A stretch of DNA of 64,000 bases from an uncultured bacterium. Its GTDB lineage: Bacteria > Patescibacteriota > Patescibacteriia > Magasanikbacterales > GWA2-37-8. Made by a program: the position numbers and the translations under genes. The stretch spans positions 3,183 to 67,182 of the forward strand of contig CALCZC010000016.1 of NCBI GenBank assembly GCA_937903605.1, in the 5' to 3' direction. Position 1 is the first letter of the stretch; every line of letters starts with the position of its first letter. Positions 24,129 to 33,529 of this stretch are shown one piece after another. Under the pieces are notes generated by a model. That model did no database searches and had not been told where the DNA came from. It saw only the letters and a list, made by a program, of their open reading frames with translations.

Positions 24129-25973
24129 GTGGCTAGTAAAACCGTTAGTATTAAATCGGTAACGCCTAAAGGCGACATAGAGACTGTCATTGGTCGCATG
24201 ACTGATATTGAAGTCACTCCGTCCATTAACTACTTAAATACACTAGATGATTTTAATTGTTCTATTACACAAGGAACATTTTCTGAACCTATAATCAGAA
24301 ACTGCATATTGCTCTCTAATAAATTATATCTTATGGGTGGCGTTTCATCTACTGTTATTGATTTACAAGTTACAATGGCAAATACGATAATGGAAATTGA
24401 AACTGATAATGAAGAACTCAATAAGATAATGGCTCATATTATGGATTGGGTTAATTATAATAATCCAAGAACTATGATGGGCCGTAGACAATTGCATGAA
24501 GAAATGTTTTTAGGATTGCTCCTTGATGGTAATGTGTTTCCATATGAATATTGGGAAACGAGGAAAATAAAAGGCAAATCCTATTTCTTGCCGATGGGAA
24601 TTATGCCTCTTAATCCGCTTTCAATTTCGATCAAACCCACTAAAGATTTAATGGGCGAGATAGTTACATATAGAAACGGATATAATAATTATTTAGGCAA
24701 TTCAAATATCAATAAAAGTTCAGAAGGCGAACAGATTATACGCAAGATGAATATGCACAGAATAACTCGCCGTGGCAGACAGTATTTTTTTTGGGGAGTC
24801 CCCTTTTTAACGAGAGCATTTCCCGCGCTTGCTGCTAAAGAAAGATTGAAACAATTAGATGAATTTACAACTCAAGGATTAATTTCTTTGATAACGATAT
24901 TTTCGCTTTATGATGATAAAGCTGGCACTGTAGCTGATTCACAAGTAGTAAACGCATTTGCGAATATGTTAGATGGTCGTCCTGGACAGGCAAGGTATTT
25001 AACTTGGGGCGGTCAGGTGAAGATGATACAGGCTGGCCCTAATGGAGAGATACTTAAGTATGATGAAAAGTATCATAGCAAAGATAAGGACATAGCAGAG
25101 GCATTGGGTTGCCCTATGTTTTTGGTTAATGGTCAGCTTCAAGGCGGCACTAATGGCGCTGATTATTCGGTTAAGCCGTTTAAGACTAATCTTGAAGACT
25201 GCCAGAATAATATAGGTGACTGGTGGAAGTATTTAACTTATAAGATCGCAGAGTTAAACAATCTTGAAGTTAATATGGTTGAATATAGATTCTCCGCCGT
25301 TAACCTTGATAACGATGCAGTATTAATTAGTAAAATTGATAATATGCGCGACCGCGGATTGCTTTCAGATACAAGTGCTGCTCTTAAACTTGGAGTAAGT
25401 TCCAAATTGGAACAGGCTCTTGTAAGTAAAGAAAGAAAAGAACAGGAAGATAACGAAGATTATAAATTTGGAACTCCGCCTCCTGTGCCGTTCCAAGGCC
25501 CAACTGCTGCCGGGAATCCAACACAGACAACCAAGAATGGTGGCAATGGCAGACCTAAAGCAACTGAACCAACGCAGACAAAAGATAAAGTACAGAAGCA
25601 GAATGAAAGCCAGAAACGTAAAGTTGACGTTAAAGCTAACTTAATGGAAATATCTACTGATTTAGTAGAAGCAATGCTTAATAATATTTCGCAGAGTGAC
25701 GATGTGCAGAAGAAATTGGAATTTCCATTAATAACTGCTTGCCAAGTGGCTAATTTATTTTGTTCTAAAATATCTGACGAGATTGATTCTCCTAAAGAGT
25801 TTTTTGAAGTAGCAATGGCAAAATGCAATGAGTTCTCGATTGATATACAACAAGATATAATCGCAGGATCTGTTTCTAAAGATAAAGTAAACAATATGAC
25901 CTCTGCGCTTGTTGATGATTTATATACTAAATACTTGGCCAAATTAATAGGCCATACCGTGGAGGTCAAATAA
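24129..25973 (+). CDS. portal protein (GTG start after GGAGGA)
   Basis: Size and position after the terminase; the track ATG at 24087 lies within 12 nt of the -10 box and has no SD. Confidence 0.55.
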   Translation: MASKTVSIKSVTPKGDIETVIGRMTDIEVTPSINYLNTLDDFNCSITQGTFSEPIIRNCILLSNKLYLMGGVSSTVIDLQVTMANTIMEIETDNEELNKIMAHIMDWVNYNNPRTMMGRRQLHEEMFLGLLLDGNVFPYEYWETRKIKGKSYFLPMGIMPLNPLSISIKPTKDLMGEIVTYRNGYNNYLGNSNINKSSEGEQIIRKMNMHRITRRGRQYFFWGVPFLTRAFPALAAKERLKQLDEFTTQGLISLITIFSLYDDKAGTVADSQVVNAFANMLDGRPGQARYLTWGGQVKMIQAGPNGEILKYDEKYHSKDKDIAEALGCPMFLVNGQLQGGTNGADYSVKPFKTNLEDCQNNIGDWWKYLTYKIAELNNLEVNMVEYRFSAVNLDNDAVLISKIDNMRDRGLLSDTSAALKLGVSSKLEQALVSKERKEQEDNEDYKFGTPPPVPFQGPTAAGNPTQTTKNGGNGRPKATEPTQTKDKVQKQNESQKRKVDVKANLMEISTDLVEAMLNNISQSDDVQKKLEFPLITACQVANLFCSKISDEIDSPKEFFEVAMAKCNEFSIDIQQDIIAGSVSKDKVNNMTSALVDDLYTKYLAKLIGHTVEVK

Positions 25974-26131
25974 TGCCGGCGATTGTTAAAACTAAAGAAG
26001 ACGAAAAGAAATGGCAAGAGGCCAAAGATAGCATTATAAAACAGTATCCAGATAGAAAATTAGAAACATTGTATCCATTGATTATGGATTTATTTATGAA
26101 GATGACAAAAAAGGACAAGGAGAAGAAGTAA
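25973..26131 (+). CDS. hypothetical 52-aa protein, TAATG-coupled on both sides
   Basis: ATGA start overlaps the portal stop; its own stop overlaps the next ATG. Confidence 0.3.
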   Translation: MPAIVKTKEDEKKWQEAKDSIIKQYPDRKLETLYPLIMDLFMKMTKKDKEKK

Positions 26132-27021
26132 TGAAGATAGATTTCGAAAATTATGAAATAACTGTTGCAGACGGCCTTGGCGTCATATATGCATCTGAGG
26201 ATATTAAGGCTAAATGCAAAGAATGGCTTAAAGGCAAATGCAAAGATAAAGCCAAACGGATGATTGAAGAAAAAAATGCTGAAGTCCCGAAGGATATTTT
26301 AGACCATATGTCGGCACTTAAAGATGAAGATTGGGATGAAATGAGCAAGGCTAATATCTTTATGTTTAAGCCTTATGATGAAACCGAAATGCAATCTATG
26401 GATGAAATGATGGAACAAGTTAGCTGGGGCTTTAATCCTGTTGTTGGCGCATTTACGGTTGGTCATTCGTTACTTAAATTTGGAGACAAGAATCTTAATC
26501 AAGACATTATCCCTGTTGATAAAGCCGACTATTATACAAAAGCAGTGTGTGGCCAAGCTTGCACTTGGGAACACGAGATGGATATATTGATCGGTGCTGT
26601 TATGAATGCAACGACACATTATCCTTCTGGAACACTTTTGATGAATACAAGGTTTTGGGAAGCAAGGCCCGAATCGGCTGGATTTGTAGAAGAAGTTAGA
26701 AAAAGATATGCAAATAAAGATTTGAAATTTAGTTTTGAAGTTATGACGGCAAAGGTGGCTTGCTCTAGTTGTGGAAATGAATATCCCGCAAGAGTCGCTG
26801 GAAAAACAGACCATTATTGTTCATGCTTGAAGTCTCGTTTCGAGGCTGGGTCACAAGTAGGAAGAATTATGGTGGATTTTATTCCAATCGGTGAAGGCGT
26901 TGTAAGCACTCCCGCATTTAGTGGAAGCAAAGCATTAATCGCGGCCAATAAGACAGAAGTTGCGCGTTTAGCGCAAGCAGTTAACGAACTGAATAACTTA
27001 CTTAAATCTAAAATAAGATAA
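26131..27021 (+). CDS. head morphogenesis protein (function unclear; contains CxxC ... CxC)
   Basis: Position between portal and scaffold. Confidence 0.4.
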   Translation: MKIDFENYEITVADGLGVIYASEDIKAKCKEWLKGKCKDKAKRMIEEKNAEVPKDILDHMSALKDEDWDEMSKANIFMFKPYDETEMQSMDEMMEQVSWGFNPVVGAFTVGHSLLKFGDKNLNQDIIPVDKADYYTKAVCGQACTWEHEMDILIGAVMNATTHYPSGTLLMNTRFWEARPESAGFVEEVRKRYANKDLKFSFEVMTAKVACSSCGNEYPARVAGKTDHYCSCLKSRFEAGSQVGRIMVDFIPIGEGVVSTPAFSGSKALIAANKTEVARLAQAVNELNNLLKSKIR

Positions 27022-27030
27022 GGTGATACA

Positions 27031-27621
27031 ATGGAAAACTTCGAAGAAATATTAGCTAAAATAGCAGAGAATACGAAGATGCTTGAAGGCAAAGTCGTCA
27101 TTGACCCCGTTGTTTTTGACGAACTTAAAGCTAGCAACGCAAAATCGATTGAAACTGTTACTGCTGCTAATGCAGAAATCGAAAAGTTGAAATCAGAACT
27201 TGAAACTGTGTCTGCTAAATGCGAAACATTCGAAACCGAAAAAGTTATAAGCGAATGCGTTGCATATGTAGAGAAAACGGAAAAAGAACTGGTTGAGGCT
27301 GCGGCTAAAGCAGAGGCAGAAAAGAATCGTAGAAAAGAAGAACTGACTAAGGCCGGCATTGCCGATGAAAAAATAATCGAAACGGCACTTACCGTTGACG
27401 AAAAAAGTTTTCAGGCAATTATCGCATCTGCTGTTAATGCAGTAGAAGTCGCCAAAGCGGCTGCGATTAAAGAGAAACAGGAAGAAATTAAAAAAGAGCA
27501 GGAAGCTATGGGCAAAACCGTGGCCAGTGCTGACGGAATAAGCGAAATGAATTTAGACAACAAACCGTTCTCTGAAAGACTCAGGACGGTTGTTAAAAAA
27601 ACCTATACTACTAAAAAGTAA
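27031..27621 (+). CDS. scaffolding protein
   Basis: Acidic, A/E/K-rich coiled coil, immediately upstream of the capsid genes. Confidence 0.55.
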   Translation: MENFEEILAKIAENTKMLEGKVVIDPVVFDELKASNAKSIETVTAANAEIEKLKSELETVSAKCETFETEKVISECVAYVEKTEKELVEAAAKAEAEKNRRKEELTKAGIADEKIIETALTVDEKSFQAIIASAVNAVEVAKAAAIKEKQEEIKKEQEAMGKTVASADGISEMNLDNKPFSERLRTVVKKTYTTKK

Positions 27622-27642
27622 ATGAAAGTGAGTGAGAAGTAA
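27622..27642 (+). other. 6-codon upstream mini-ORF MKVSEK whose TAA overlaps the next ATG (TAATG)
   Basis: atg aaa gtg agt gag aag taa tg. Confidence 0.4.
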
Positions 27643-28082
27643 TGAGACTTTTAAACGAACCTAAAAATGAAAAAAGCGTTATAGCAGCTGGTGCTATGAT
27701 TTCTGGCGACTTTGTATATATCGACTCCAATGGCAAAGCCGCTCGCCCTACTGATGCAACGACCGCTGCAAAATCTACTTTTGTAGCCGTAAAGAATCCT
27801 GAATATTCGTGCCAGTATGCTGGTTTTTCGAATGTTATCTCCGCTGGCGACTATGTTCGCTTAGTAAATGGTTGCAAAGTTGAATTTAGCACCCCGAATC
27901 TTAACCTTGCAGATAACTTCGCATCGGCAACCAAAGGCGATTACCTTGGCATTACCAATTCCGGTAAAGTTGCTGCTGTTGACTCTTCGGCTGTTAATAC
28001 TACTACTTTCCTTCGTTTCGAATCGTTTGTTGGCGATACCAACTCTGGTATTCTGACTGCATTCGTAGACTACATGATATAA
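27642..28082 (+). CDS. capsid-associated protein (possible decoration or minor capsid protein)
   Basis: Position between scaffold and major capsid protein; beta-rich composition. Confidence 0.4.
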   Translation: MRLLNEPKNEKSVIAAGAMISGDFVYIDSNGKAARPTDATTAAKSTFVAVKNPEYSCQYAGFSNVISAGDYVRLVNGCKVEFSTPNLNLADNFASATKGDYLGITNSGKVAAVDSSAVNTTTFLRFESFVGDTNSGILTAFVDYMI

Positions 28083-28093
28083 TGAATTAATTA

Positions 28094-28114
28094 ATGAAAG
28101 TGAGTGAAATATAA
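28094..28114 (+). other. second 6-codon mini-ORF MKVSEI, TAATG-coupled to the major capsid gene
   Basis: atg aaa gtg agt gaa ata taa tg; 16-nt identity with the copy at 27622. Confidence 0.4.
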
Positions 28115-29034
28115 TGAGAACCAATTACTTAACCAAAAGCGAAATCGCTAACGTAGAAAAAGTTATGGCGTCCCTTAAAAACGTCGTTAAAGACGCAGAT
28201 ACCGCTTCGTATGACGAACTGGTAAAAGCCGGCACGTTTGTAGTTAATGACTATATCGCAGAGAACCCCTCGCTGCTCGACCTTAGCTCGTTACTGTTTA
28301 ATCCTGGTCAGGTCAATGGCGACGTTCTTGATGTCGAAATCGGACATGGCGGCGTAGCGTACATGCATGCGATTGGTTCGCAGGCTGTACTGTCTCAGGC
28401 TTACATCGAAAGAGTTTCGACGAAAATGAACCGTTTTTCGTTCGCAAGCAAAATCGATGTTAACGCAGTTCGCACTCAGAATGTTGTAAAACTTCTGGAA
28501 GACGCTGCTGAAATCAGATTCAAACTTGGTCTGAAGAAATTCAGATACATATGGGACCTCGTAAAAGCTACGATAACCACTGGCGACCCGATATACATTT
28601 CGGCTGCTACCGTTAACAAAACTAACCTCGACTCGATAATGAACACTATGATGGACACTTCGGGTTCGGTTAAAGCGATAATCGGTCGCGAATCGCTTGT
28701 TACCCAGATAATGGGCTTCAGCGGATGGTCGGAAGTCACCCTGCGCGAAATCGAAACCGGCGTATTCGGTCAGTATCGTGGCGCTCGTCTCGTTGGTATC
28801 AAGAACTATGAAACCACCATCGTTGACGCAGCTGGCACCAAATTCGATACGGCTCAGATCCCTGCTGACCAGCTTATACTGCTCGGCGAAAAATGCGGTT
28901 ACGACGGCGAGAACCCCGTTCAGACGCTTGCTGGCACTGACGTTCTCCTCGGCGCAGAAGTAAAAAATACCTTCTTCGATTACGCTGCTATCATAGTAGA
29001 CGAAAAGAAGATAGGCGTTTACAACATCGCTTAA
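28114..29034 (+). CDS. major capsid protein
   Basis: 306 aa, follows the scaffold, strong terminator downstream. Confidence 0.55.
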   Translation: MRTNYLTKSEIANVEKVMASLKNVVKDADTASYDELVKAGTFVVNDYIAENPSLLDLSSLLFNPGQVNGDVLDVEIGHGGVAYMHAIGSQAVLSQAYIERVSTKMNRFSFASKIDVNAVRTQNVVKLLEDAAEIRFKLGLKKFRYIWDLVKATITTGDPIYISAATVNKTNLDSIMNTMMDTSGSVKAIIGRESLVTQIMGFSGWSEVTLREIETGVFGQYRGARLVGIKNYETTIVDAAGTKFDTAQIPADQLILLGEKCGYDGENPVQTLAGTDVLLGAEVKNTFFDYAAIIVDEKKIGVYNIA

Positions 29035-29069
29035 TTAACCTAACATAACGGACTCTATATCCGTAAAAC

Positions 29070-29105
29070 GGCTCACAGACATATTTCTGTGGGCTGTTTT
29101 TATTT
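29070..29105 (+). terminator. rho-independent terminator after the capsid gene
   Basis: GGCUCACAGA-cauauuu-UCUGUGGGCU (with G-U pairs) followed by GUUUUUAUUU. Confidence 0.55.
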
Positions 29106-29114
29106 AGAATTATC

Positions 29115-29143
29115 TTGACATTTATTAAATTGTTTGATAGGAT
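29115..29143 (+). promoter_or_regulatory. sigma-A promoter TTGACA-17-TAGGAT (TGn)
   Basis: Direct reading. Confidence 0.45.
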
Positions 29144-29183
29144 TGTATATGATAAAACAATTCACTTAAAGGAGTGTATCAAA

Positions 29184-29660
29184 ATGAGAGCATGGTCAGA
29201 TAGAAACCCCCATATAACTAAAGCACAGAAAAAATGGTATTTGTTTAATCCGGCGGCGGCAGAGCATGATATGATAGGTTTTGATAAGTTAGACGGACAG
29301 GGCAGTATAACTCTTGTGCCTGGCGATCTTATCGAACTAACTGAAATCGAGGTCGCGGCTAATATGCACCGTTCGATTATGAGAGATGGCACAGTAACTG
29401 TTATAGACGAGAAGAAGCTTAAACAGATGATGAATCCGACCTATAATGATGTTGCGGAAAATGTAGACTTCTCTGATGATAGTAATTTAGAAGCGCTTTT
29501 AATGTTAGACGATGTAGATTTTCTTAATAAAGTGGCTAATATTAAAAAGAAAACATTTCTCCGTAGAATCTATCAGATGATACAGGATGATAAATATAAA
29601 AAACTCTATAGTACGATTAAGCGCGTTAAGCAGTATGTGGATGAAGCGAAGGTGAGATAA
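29184..29660 (+). CDS. hypothetical protein (start trimmed to MRAWSD after AAAGGAGTG)
   Basis: ORF with SD. Confidence 0.45.
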   Translation: MRAWSDRNPHITKAQKKWYLFNPAAAEHDMIGFDKLDGQGSITLVPGDLIELTEIEVAANMHRSIMRDGTVTVIDEKKLKQMMNPTYNDVAENVDFSDDSNLEALLMLDDVDFLNKVANIKKKTFLRRIYQMIQDDKYKKLYSTIKRVKQYVDEAKVR

Positions 29661-29661
29661 C

Positions 29662-29844
29662 ATGGCTGGAGAATGGATTAAGGACGATAAATTCGTAAAA
29701 GAGAAATATGATACTACATCTAATACCAATAAACATTTTAAACAGATGTTTCCGACTTATGAATCGTTTTGTGAAAGTGTTCATCCCGCATTAAAGAAAC
29801 AGGAATCAGCGCCAGCAAATAAAGAGGGTGGAGATAAACAGTAG
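29662..29844 (+). CDS. hypothetical small protein
   Basis: ORF. Confidence 0.3.
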   Translation: MAGEWIKDDKFVKEKYDTTSNTNKHFKQMFPTYESFCESVHPALKKQESAPANKEGGDKQ

Positions 29845-29892
29845 ATAAATTAATGGACATAAATGAGTAATGAGTAATAAAGTGAGTATAAA

Positions 29893-31038
29893 ATGTTAAG
29901 AAGTTATAAAACAGAGATAAAGCCGTCAACAGAACAAAGAGAGAAAATAAATCGAACAATTGGAACGTGTCGATTCATTTATAACTTCTTTATAAAACAT
30001 AATAAAGAGCAATATCTTCAAACAAAGAAATTTGTTACCGGATATGATTTCTCAAAATATCTCAATAACGAGTTCATTCCTAACAATCCAGACTTTAAGT
30101 GGATAAAGGAAGTAAGTTCAAAAGCAGTAAAGCAATCGATAATGAATGCAGAACAGTCGTTTAAAAACTTCTTTAAAACGAAAAAAGGATTCCCTAAATT
30201 TAAAAAGAAACATAACTCGATAGTTAAAGTTTATCTTCCTAAAAATAGTGATACTGATTTGTTAGTTGAACGTCATAGAGTTAAAGTTCCAACGTTCGGA
30301 TGGATAAATTTAAAAGAAAAAGGATACATTCCAGTTGATAAGTTAGTTAAAAGTTGTCGTATCGAAAAGAAAGCGAATCGTTACTTCATCTCTGTACTTG
30401 TCGAAACGGGAGTTGAAATCAATTCCTCAAGCAATTCACTGAAGGGCATTGGAATCGATTTAGGGTTGAAAACCTTCGTAACTGTAAGTAATGGAGAAAC
30501 TTTTCCAAATATAAATAAAACAAGAGAAGTTAAAAAATTAGAAAGGAGAATAAAGTCGGATCAAAGGAAATTATCAAGGAAATTGAAAAATAAAAAGAAA
30601 GGAGAGTCTACTAAGAATATAGATAAGCAAAGGTTAAGATTACAGATAGCACATCAGAAACTTACGAACAAGAGACATGATTACTTGAATAAAGTTGTCA
30701 GGTCACTGGCGATAACCAAGCCAGCATTTATAACAATCGAAGATTTGAATGTAAGTGGTATGATGAAAAATAGGCATTTATCTCGCAGTATTGCATCCAT
30801 GAATTTCAGTAGATTTCGTAATCTATTAACCCAAAGGAGTAAAGTTAATTCTTTTGAGTTACGAATAGCAGATAGATTCTTCCCTTCCAGCAAGAAATGT
30901 TGTCAGTGTGGCAATATAAAGAAGGCATTAAGTTTGGCAGAAAGAATTTATGTCTGTGAAATTTGTGGAAACGAAATTGATAGGGATTTAAATGCTGCAA
31001 AGAATCTTGAAAAATTAGAAGTTTATCGAGTCGCGTAG
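29893..31038 (+). CDS. tnpB: TnpB (IS605 OrfB-family RNA-guided nuclease), second copy; about one-third identical to the first; catalytic residues present
   Basis: KTEIKPSTEQREKINRTIGTCRFIYN; IGIDLGLKTF; IEDLNVSGM; CCQCGN ... CEICGN; DRDLNAAKNL. Confidence 0.85.
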   Translation: MLRSYKTEIKPSTEQREKINRTIGTCRFIYNFFIKHNKEQYLQTKKFVTGYDFSKYLNNEFIPNNPDFKWIKEVSSKAVKQSIMNAEQSFKNFFKTKKGFPKFKKKHNSIVKVYLPKNSDTDLLVERHRVKVPTFGWINLKEKGYIPVDKLVKSCRIEKKANRYFISVLVETGVEINSSSNSLKGIGIDLGLKTFVTVSNGETFPNINKTREVKKLERRIKSDQRKLSRKLKNKKKGESTKNIDKQRLRLQIAHQKLTNKRHDYLNKVVRSLAITKPAFITIEDLNVSGMMKNRHLSRSIASMNFSRFRNLLTQRSKVNSFELRIADRFFPSSKKCCQCGNIKKALSLAERIYVCEICGNEIDRDLNAAKNLEKLEVYRVA

Positions 31039-31196
31039 CGATAAGATAAGAATACGGTGGGCTACATCGGAATTTAAGTCTGTGGACTGTTAAAAACCGT
31101 AGTAGATGGAAGCGATTCTTTCGAGGCGGAACAGAATGAAGCAGAAAACAATCTTAATATATTCATTAGTGTCTATATTTTAAGTAGCAGATAATA
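30950..31196 (+). ncRNA. candidate omega-RNA region of the second TnpB
   Basis: Positional inference; 158 nt of noncoding DNA lie between the tnpB stop and the next gene. Confidence 0.3.
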
Positions 31197-32423
31197 GTGG
31201 AGCAACAGACGAAAAGAAAAACTAAAGTATTATATGTAGGCGATTATAACCGCCCTACGGGATTTGGAGAAGTAAGCAAGAACCTATTACATCGTTGGAT
31301 GAATGATGACGAATTTGAATTTACAGTATTAGCATGTAATTATAATGGGCAGTCACCTGTTTATCCGGCACATTTCCCTGTTTATGCTTGCCATAGCGAT
31401 TATGCATTAAATGAGATAGCGCATGTATTTGATATAGTACAGCCAGATATTCTTATTACACTTAATGACGGCTATGTAATGCCGAGTTACGTGCGACAGC
31501 TCGGAGCTCGCCTTAATAACTGTTGGTGGATTGGATATGTTGTCTTTGATGGCACTCCTATTGCAAGATGGAGAGAGGCGCTTAAGCATATTGACTTAGT
31601 AGTATTTCCGACAGAATGGCAAGCGCAGGAAATGGCTAAAGTTATGCCTGATTTTAAGTGCGCCGTAGTAAGTCATGGCGTTAATTTAGATGTTTACAAA
31701 CCCGTGGAAAAGACCGGGATTAAACAATATAAAATGGCAGCACTTGGCGAAAAGAATGCAGACGCTTTTATATTTGGCATGATAGCGAAGAACTTTGAAC
31801 GCAAGAGATATCCAGAATTAATACAGGCTTTCGCTATATTCAAGTATAAGAGTGGCATTGAATTTAAGCGCAATCCAATGCTGATGTTGTATCAGACAAC
31901 GGAGCGTGGAGAATTTAACCTTGAAAACCTTGCTAAAATAGCAGGATGTAAAGATGGAGATGTTGCGATTATAACGGCTCCAGATAATCAAGGATTAACA
32001 GACAATGAAATGAATTTACTCTATAATTCGTTTGATGTTAACTGCCTTATCTCGATTGGCGAAGGATTTGGGTTGCCTACAATTAATGCGGCGGCTTGTG
32101 GCAAGTTAACAATGGCCATGAATAACTCAGTTCAGCCGTCACTTGCTAAATACTTTCCTATGTATTTAGTCCCTTGTGATAATCAATCTCCTGTGTGGTT
32201 CGGAAAAGATATGGAACAGATTCGTTTTATTCCAGATTGCAAGAAACTTGCACAGGCAATGTGCGAAGTATATGTTAAGATGAACGAACCTGGCTTCGCT
32301 GAACAGATTGCTAAAGAGGCAATGACAAGTGCTAAAGAATTTACTTGGGATATTATGGCAGATGATTTCATGTCATTGGTGAAGCCTTATGTTGGACAAT
32401 CCAAGAAGGCCCAGGTGATTTAA
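31197..32423 (+). CDS. GT4-family (GT-B) glycosyltransferase
   Basis: GEGFGLPTINAAACGK motif; GTG start. Confidence 0.55.
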   Translation: MEQQTKRKTKVLYVGDYNRPTGFGEVSKNLLHRWMNDDEFEFTVLACNYNGQSPVYPAHFPVYACHSDYALNEIAHVFDIVQPDILITLNDGYVMPSYVRQLGARLNNCWWIGYVVFDGTPIARWREALKHIDLVVFPTEWQAQEMAKVMPDFKCAVVSHGVNLDVYKPVEKTGIKQYKMAALGEKNADAFIFGMIAKNFERKRYPELIQAFAIFKYKSGIEFKRNPMLMLYQTTERGEFNLENLAKIAGCKDGDVAIITAPDNQGLTDNEMNLLYNSFDVNCLISIGEGFGLPTINAAACGKLTMAMNNSVQPSLAKYFPMYLVPCDNQSPVWFGKDMEQIRFIPDCKKLAQAMCEVYVKMNEPGFAEQIAKEAMTSAKEFTWDIMADDFMSLVKPYVGQSKKAQVI

Positions 32424-33529
32424 TGAATATACTTTGGATTTATGGACTCACTGAAAGCTCTGGATATGCAAGAAACTCAAGAGAGTTTATCAAGGCGCTC
32501 AATGCAAATGGCGTTACTACTAAGTTCTTAAGCCTTGGGCATAGCAAATACCCAGAGAAAGCAATAATGGGTAAATGGGAAGCGGAAACTGGTTATTCAT
32601 ATGATTTAGTAGTACAGAATTGTGTTCCTCCTGCGTTTAAAAAGTTCGGTAATAAAAAGAATATCTTAATGACCGTGGCAGAAACTGATAGCGTTTCTCA
32701 AGAATGGGTTAAATGCTGCAATACTGCGGATGAAGTATGGACTATGAGTTATTATAGTCAGGCAGCGTTTATTCATTCGGGAGTTACTGTTCCTGTAAGA
32801 GTCGTATTGATGCCGATTGATATTCAGGCGATACAAAGCGCCGGTCGTATTAAAAGCCCAGAGATAGCAGAGCAGCTTAATAAATTTAGAGCAAAATGTA
32901 GCTTTATTTTCATGGCAAATTCAGAATGGACTCCGCGCAAGGGATGGGACATCTTATTGCATTCTTTTTGTAAAGTATTCGCTCCATACGAAGACATCGG
33001 ATTAATGATTAAAACATGTTGTTTCTCTGGCGTTGAAACATCGCAATCTATGGCAAGATTAGTTAAACAGATTAAAGAGCAGTATGACGCGAAATGTCCT
33101 GTATTCATAATAAATGATGTTATGGATATTGAAGACGTATGGACGCTATATAAGTTCGCTGATGCGTTTGTATTGCCATCTCGTGGCGAGGGATGTGGTA
33201 TTCCATTTTTAGAAGCAATGTCCATGGGGTTGCCAACGGTAATGCCCTCTCACGGGGGTCAAGTGGACTATGCTAATGATATGCTTTGCACAAGGGTTAA
33301 GTCATATTTAAGGCCGGCCCATAGATTCCCTCATAATCCTAACTATGACGAAACAATGTTATGGATCGAGACGGACCAAAATGAGCTTTCAGATAAACTA
33401 ATGAGCGTTATAATGAATCATAATAAAGAAAGAAATGAGCTTGGCAGAGGTCAGTTCATAGAGACGTTTTCTTATGATGGAACTGCAATAAAAGATTTTA
33501 TCAAAATAGCGGAAGTGGTGATTAAATGA
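32423..33529 (+). CDS. GT4-family glycosyltransferase
   Basis: SRGEGCGIPFLEAMSMGLPTV (EX7E motif). Confidence 0.6.
   Translation: MNILWIYGLTESSGYARNSREFIKALNANGVTTKFLSLGHSKYPEKAIMGKWEAETGYSYDLVVQNCVPPAFKKFGNKKNILMTVAETDSVSQEWVKCCNTADEVWTMSYYSQAAFIHSGVTVPVRVVLMPIDIQAIQSAGRIKSPEIAEQLNKFRAKCSFIFMANSEWTPRKGWDILLHSFCKVFAPYEDIGLMIKTCCFSGVETSQSMARLVKQIKEQYDAKCPVFIINDVMDIEDVWTLYKFADAFVLPSRGEGCGIPFLEAMSMGLPTVMPSHGGQVDYANDMLCTRVKSYLRPAHRFPHNPNYDETMLWIETDQNELSDKLMSVIMNHNKERNELGRGQFIETFSYDGTAIKDFIKIAEVVIK

Noticed and set aside
26814-27359. Minus-strand 181-aa Ser/Ala-rich ORF, plus many other antisense ORFs inside the portal, tape measure and fibre genes (e.g. 25460-26017, 32824-33225, 35563-35943, 45578-45952, 49478-49981, 53586-53924, 56426-56902, 62904-63452)
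   Set aside because: They are wholly embedded antisense in long well-supported genes, have low-complexity translations, and have no SD. They are typical spurious frames.
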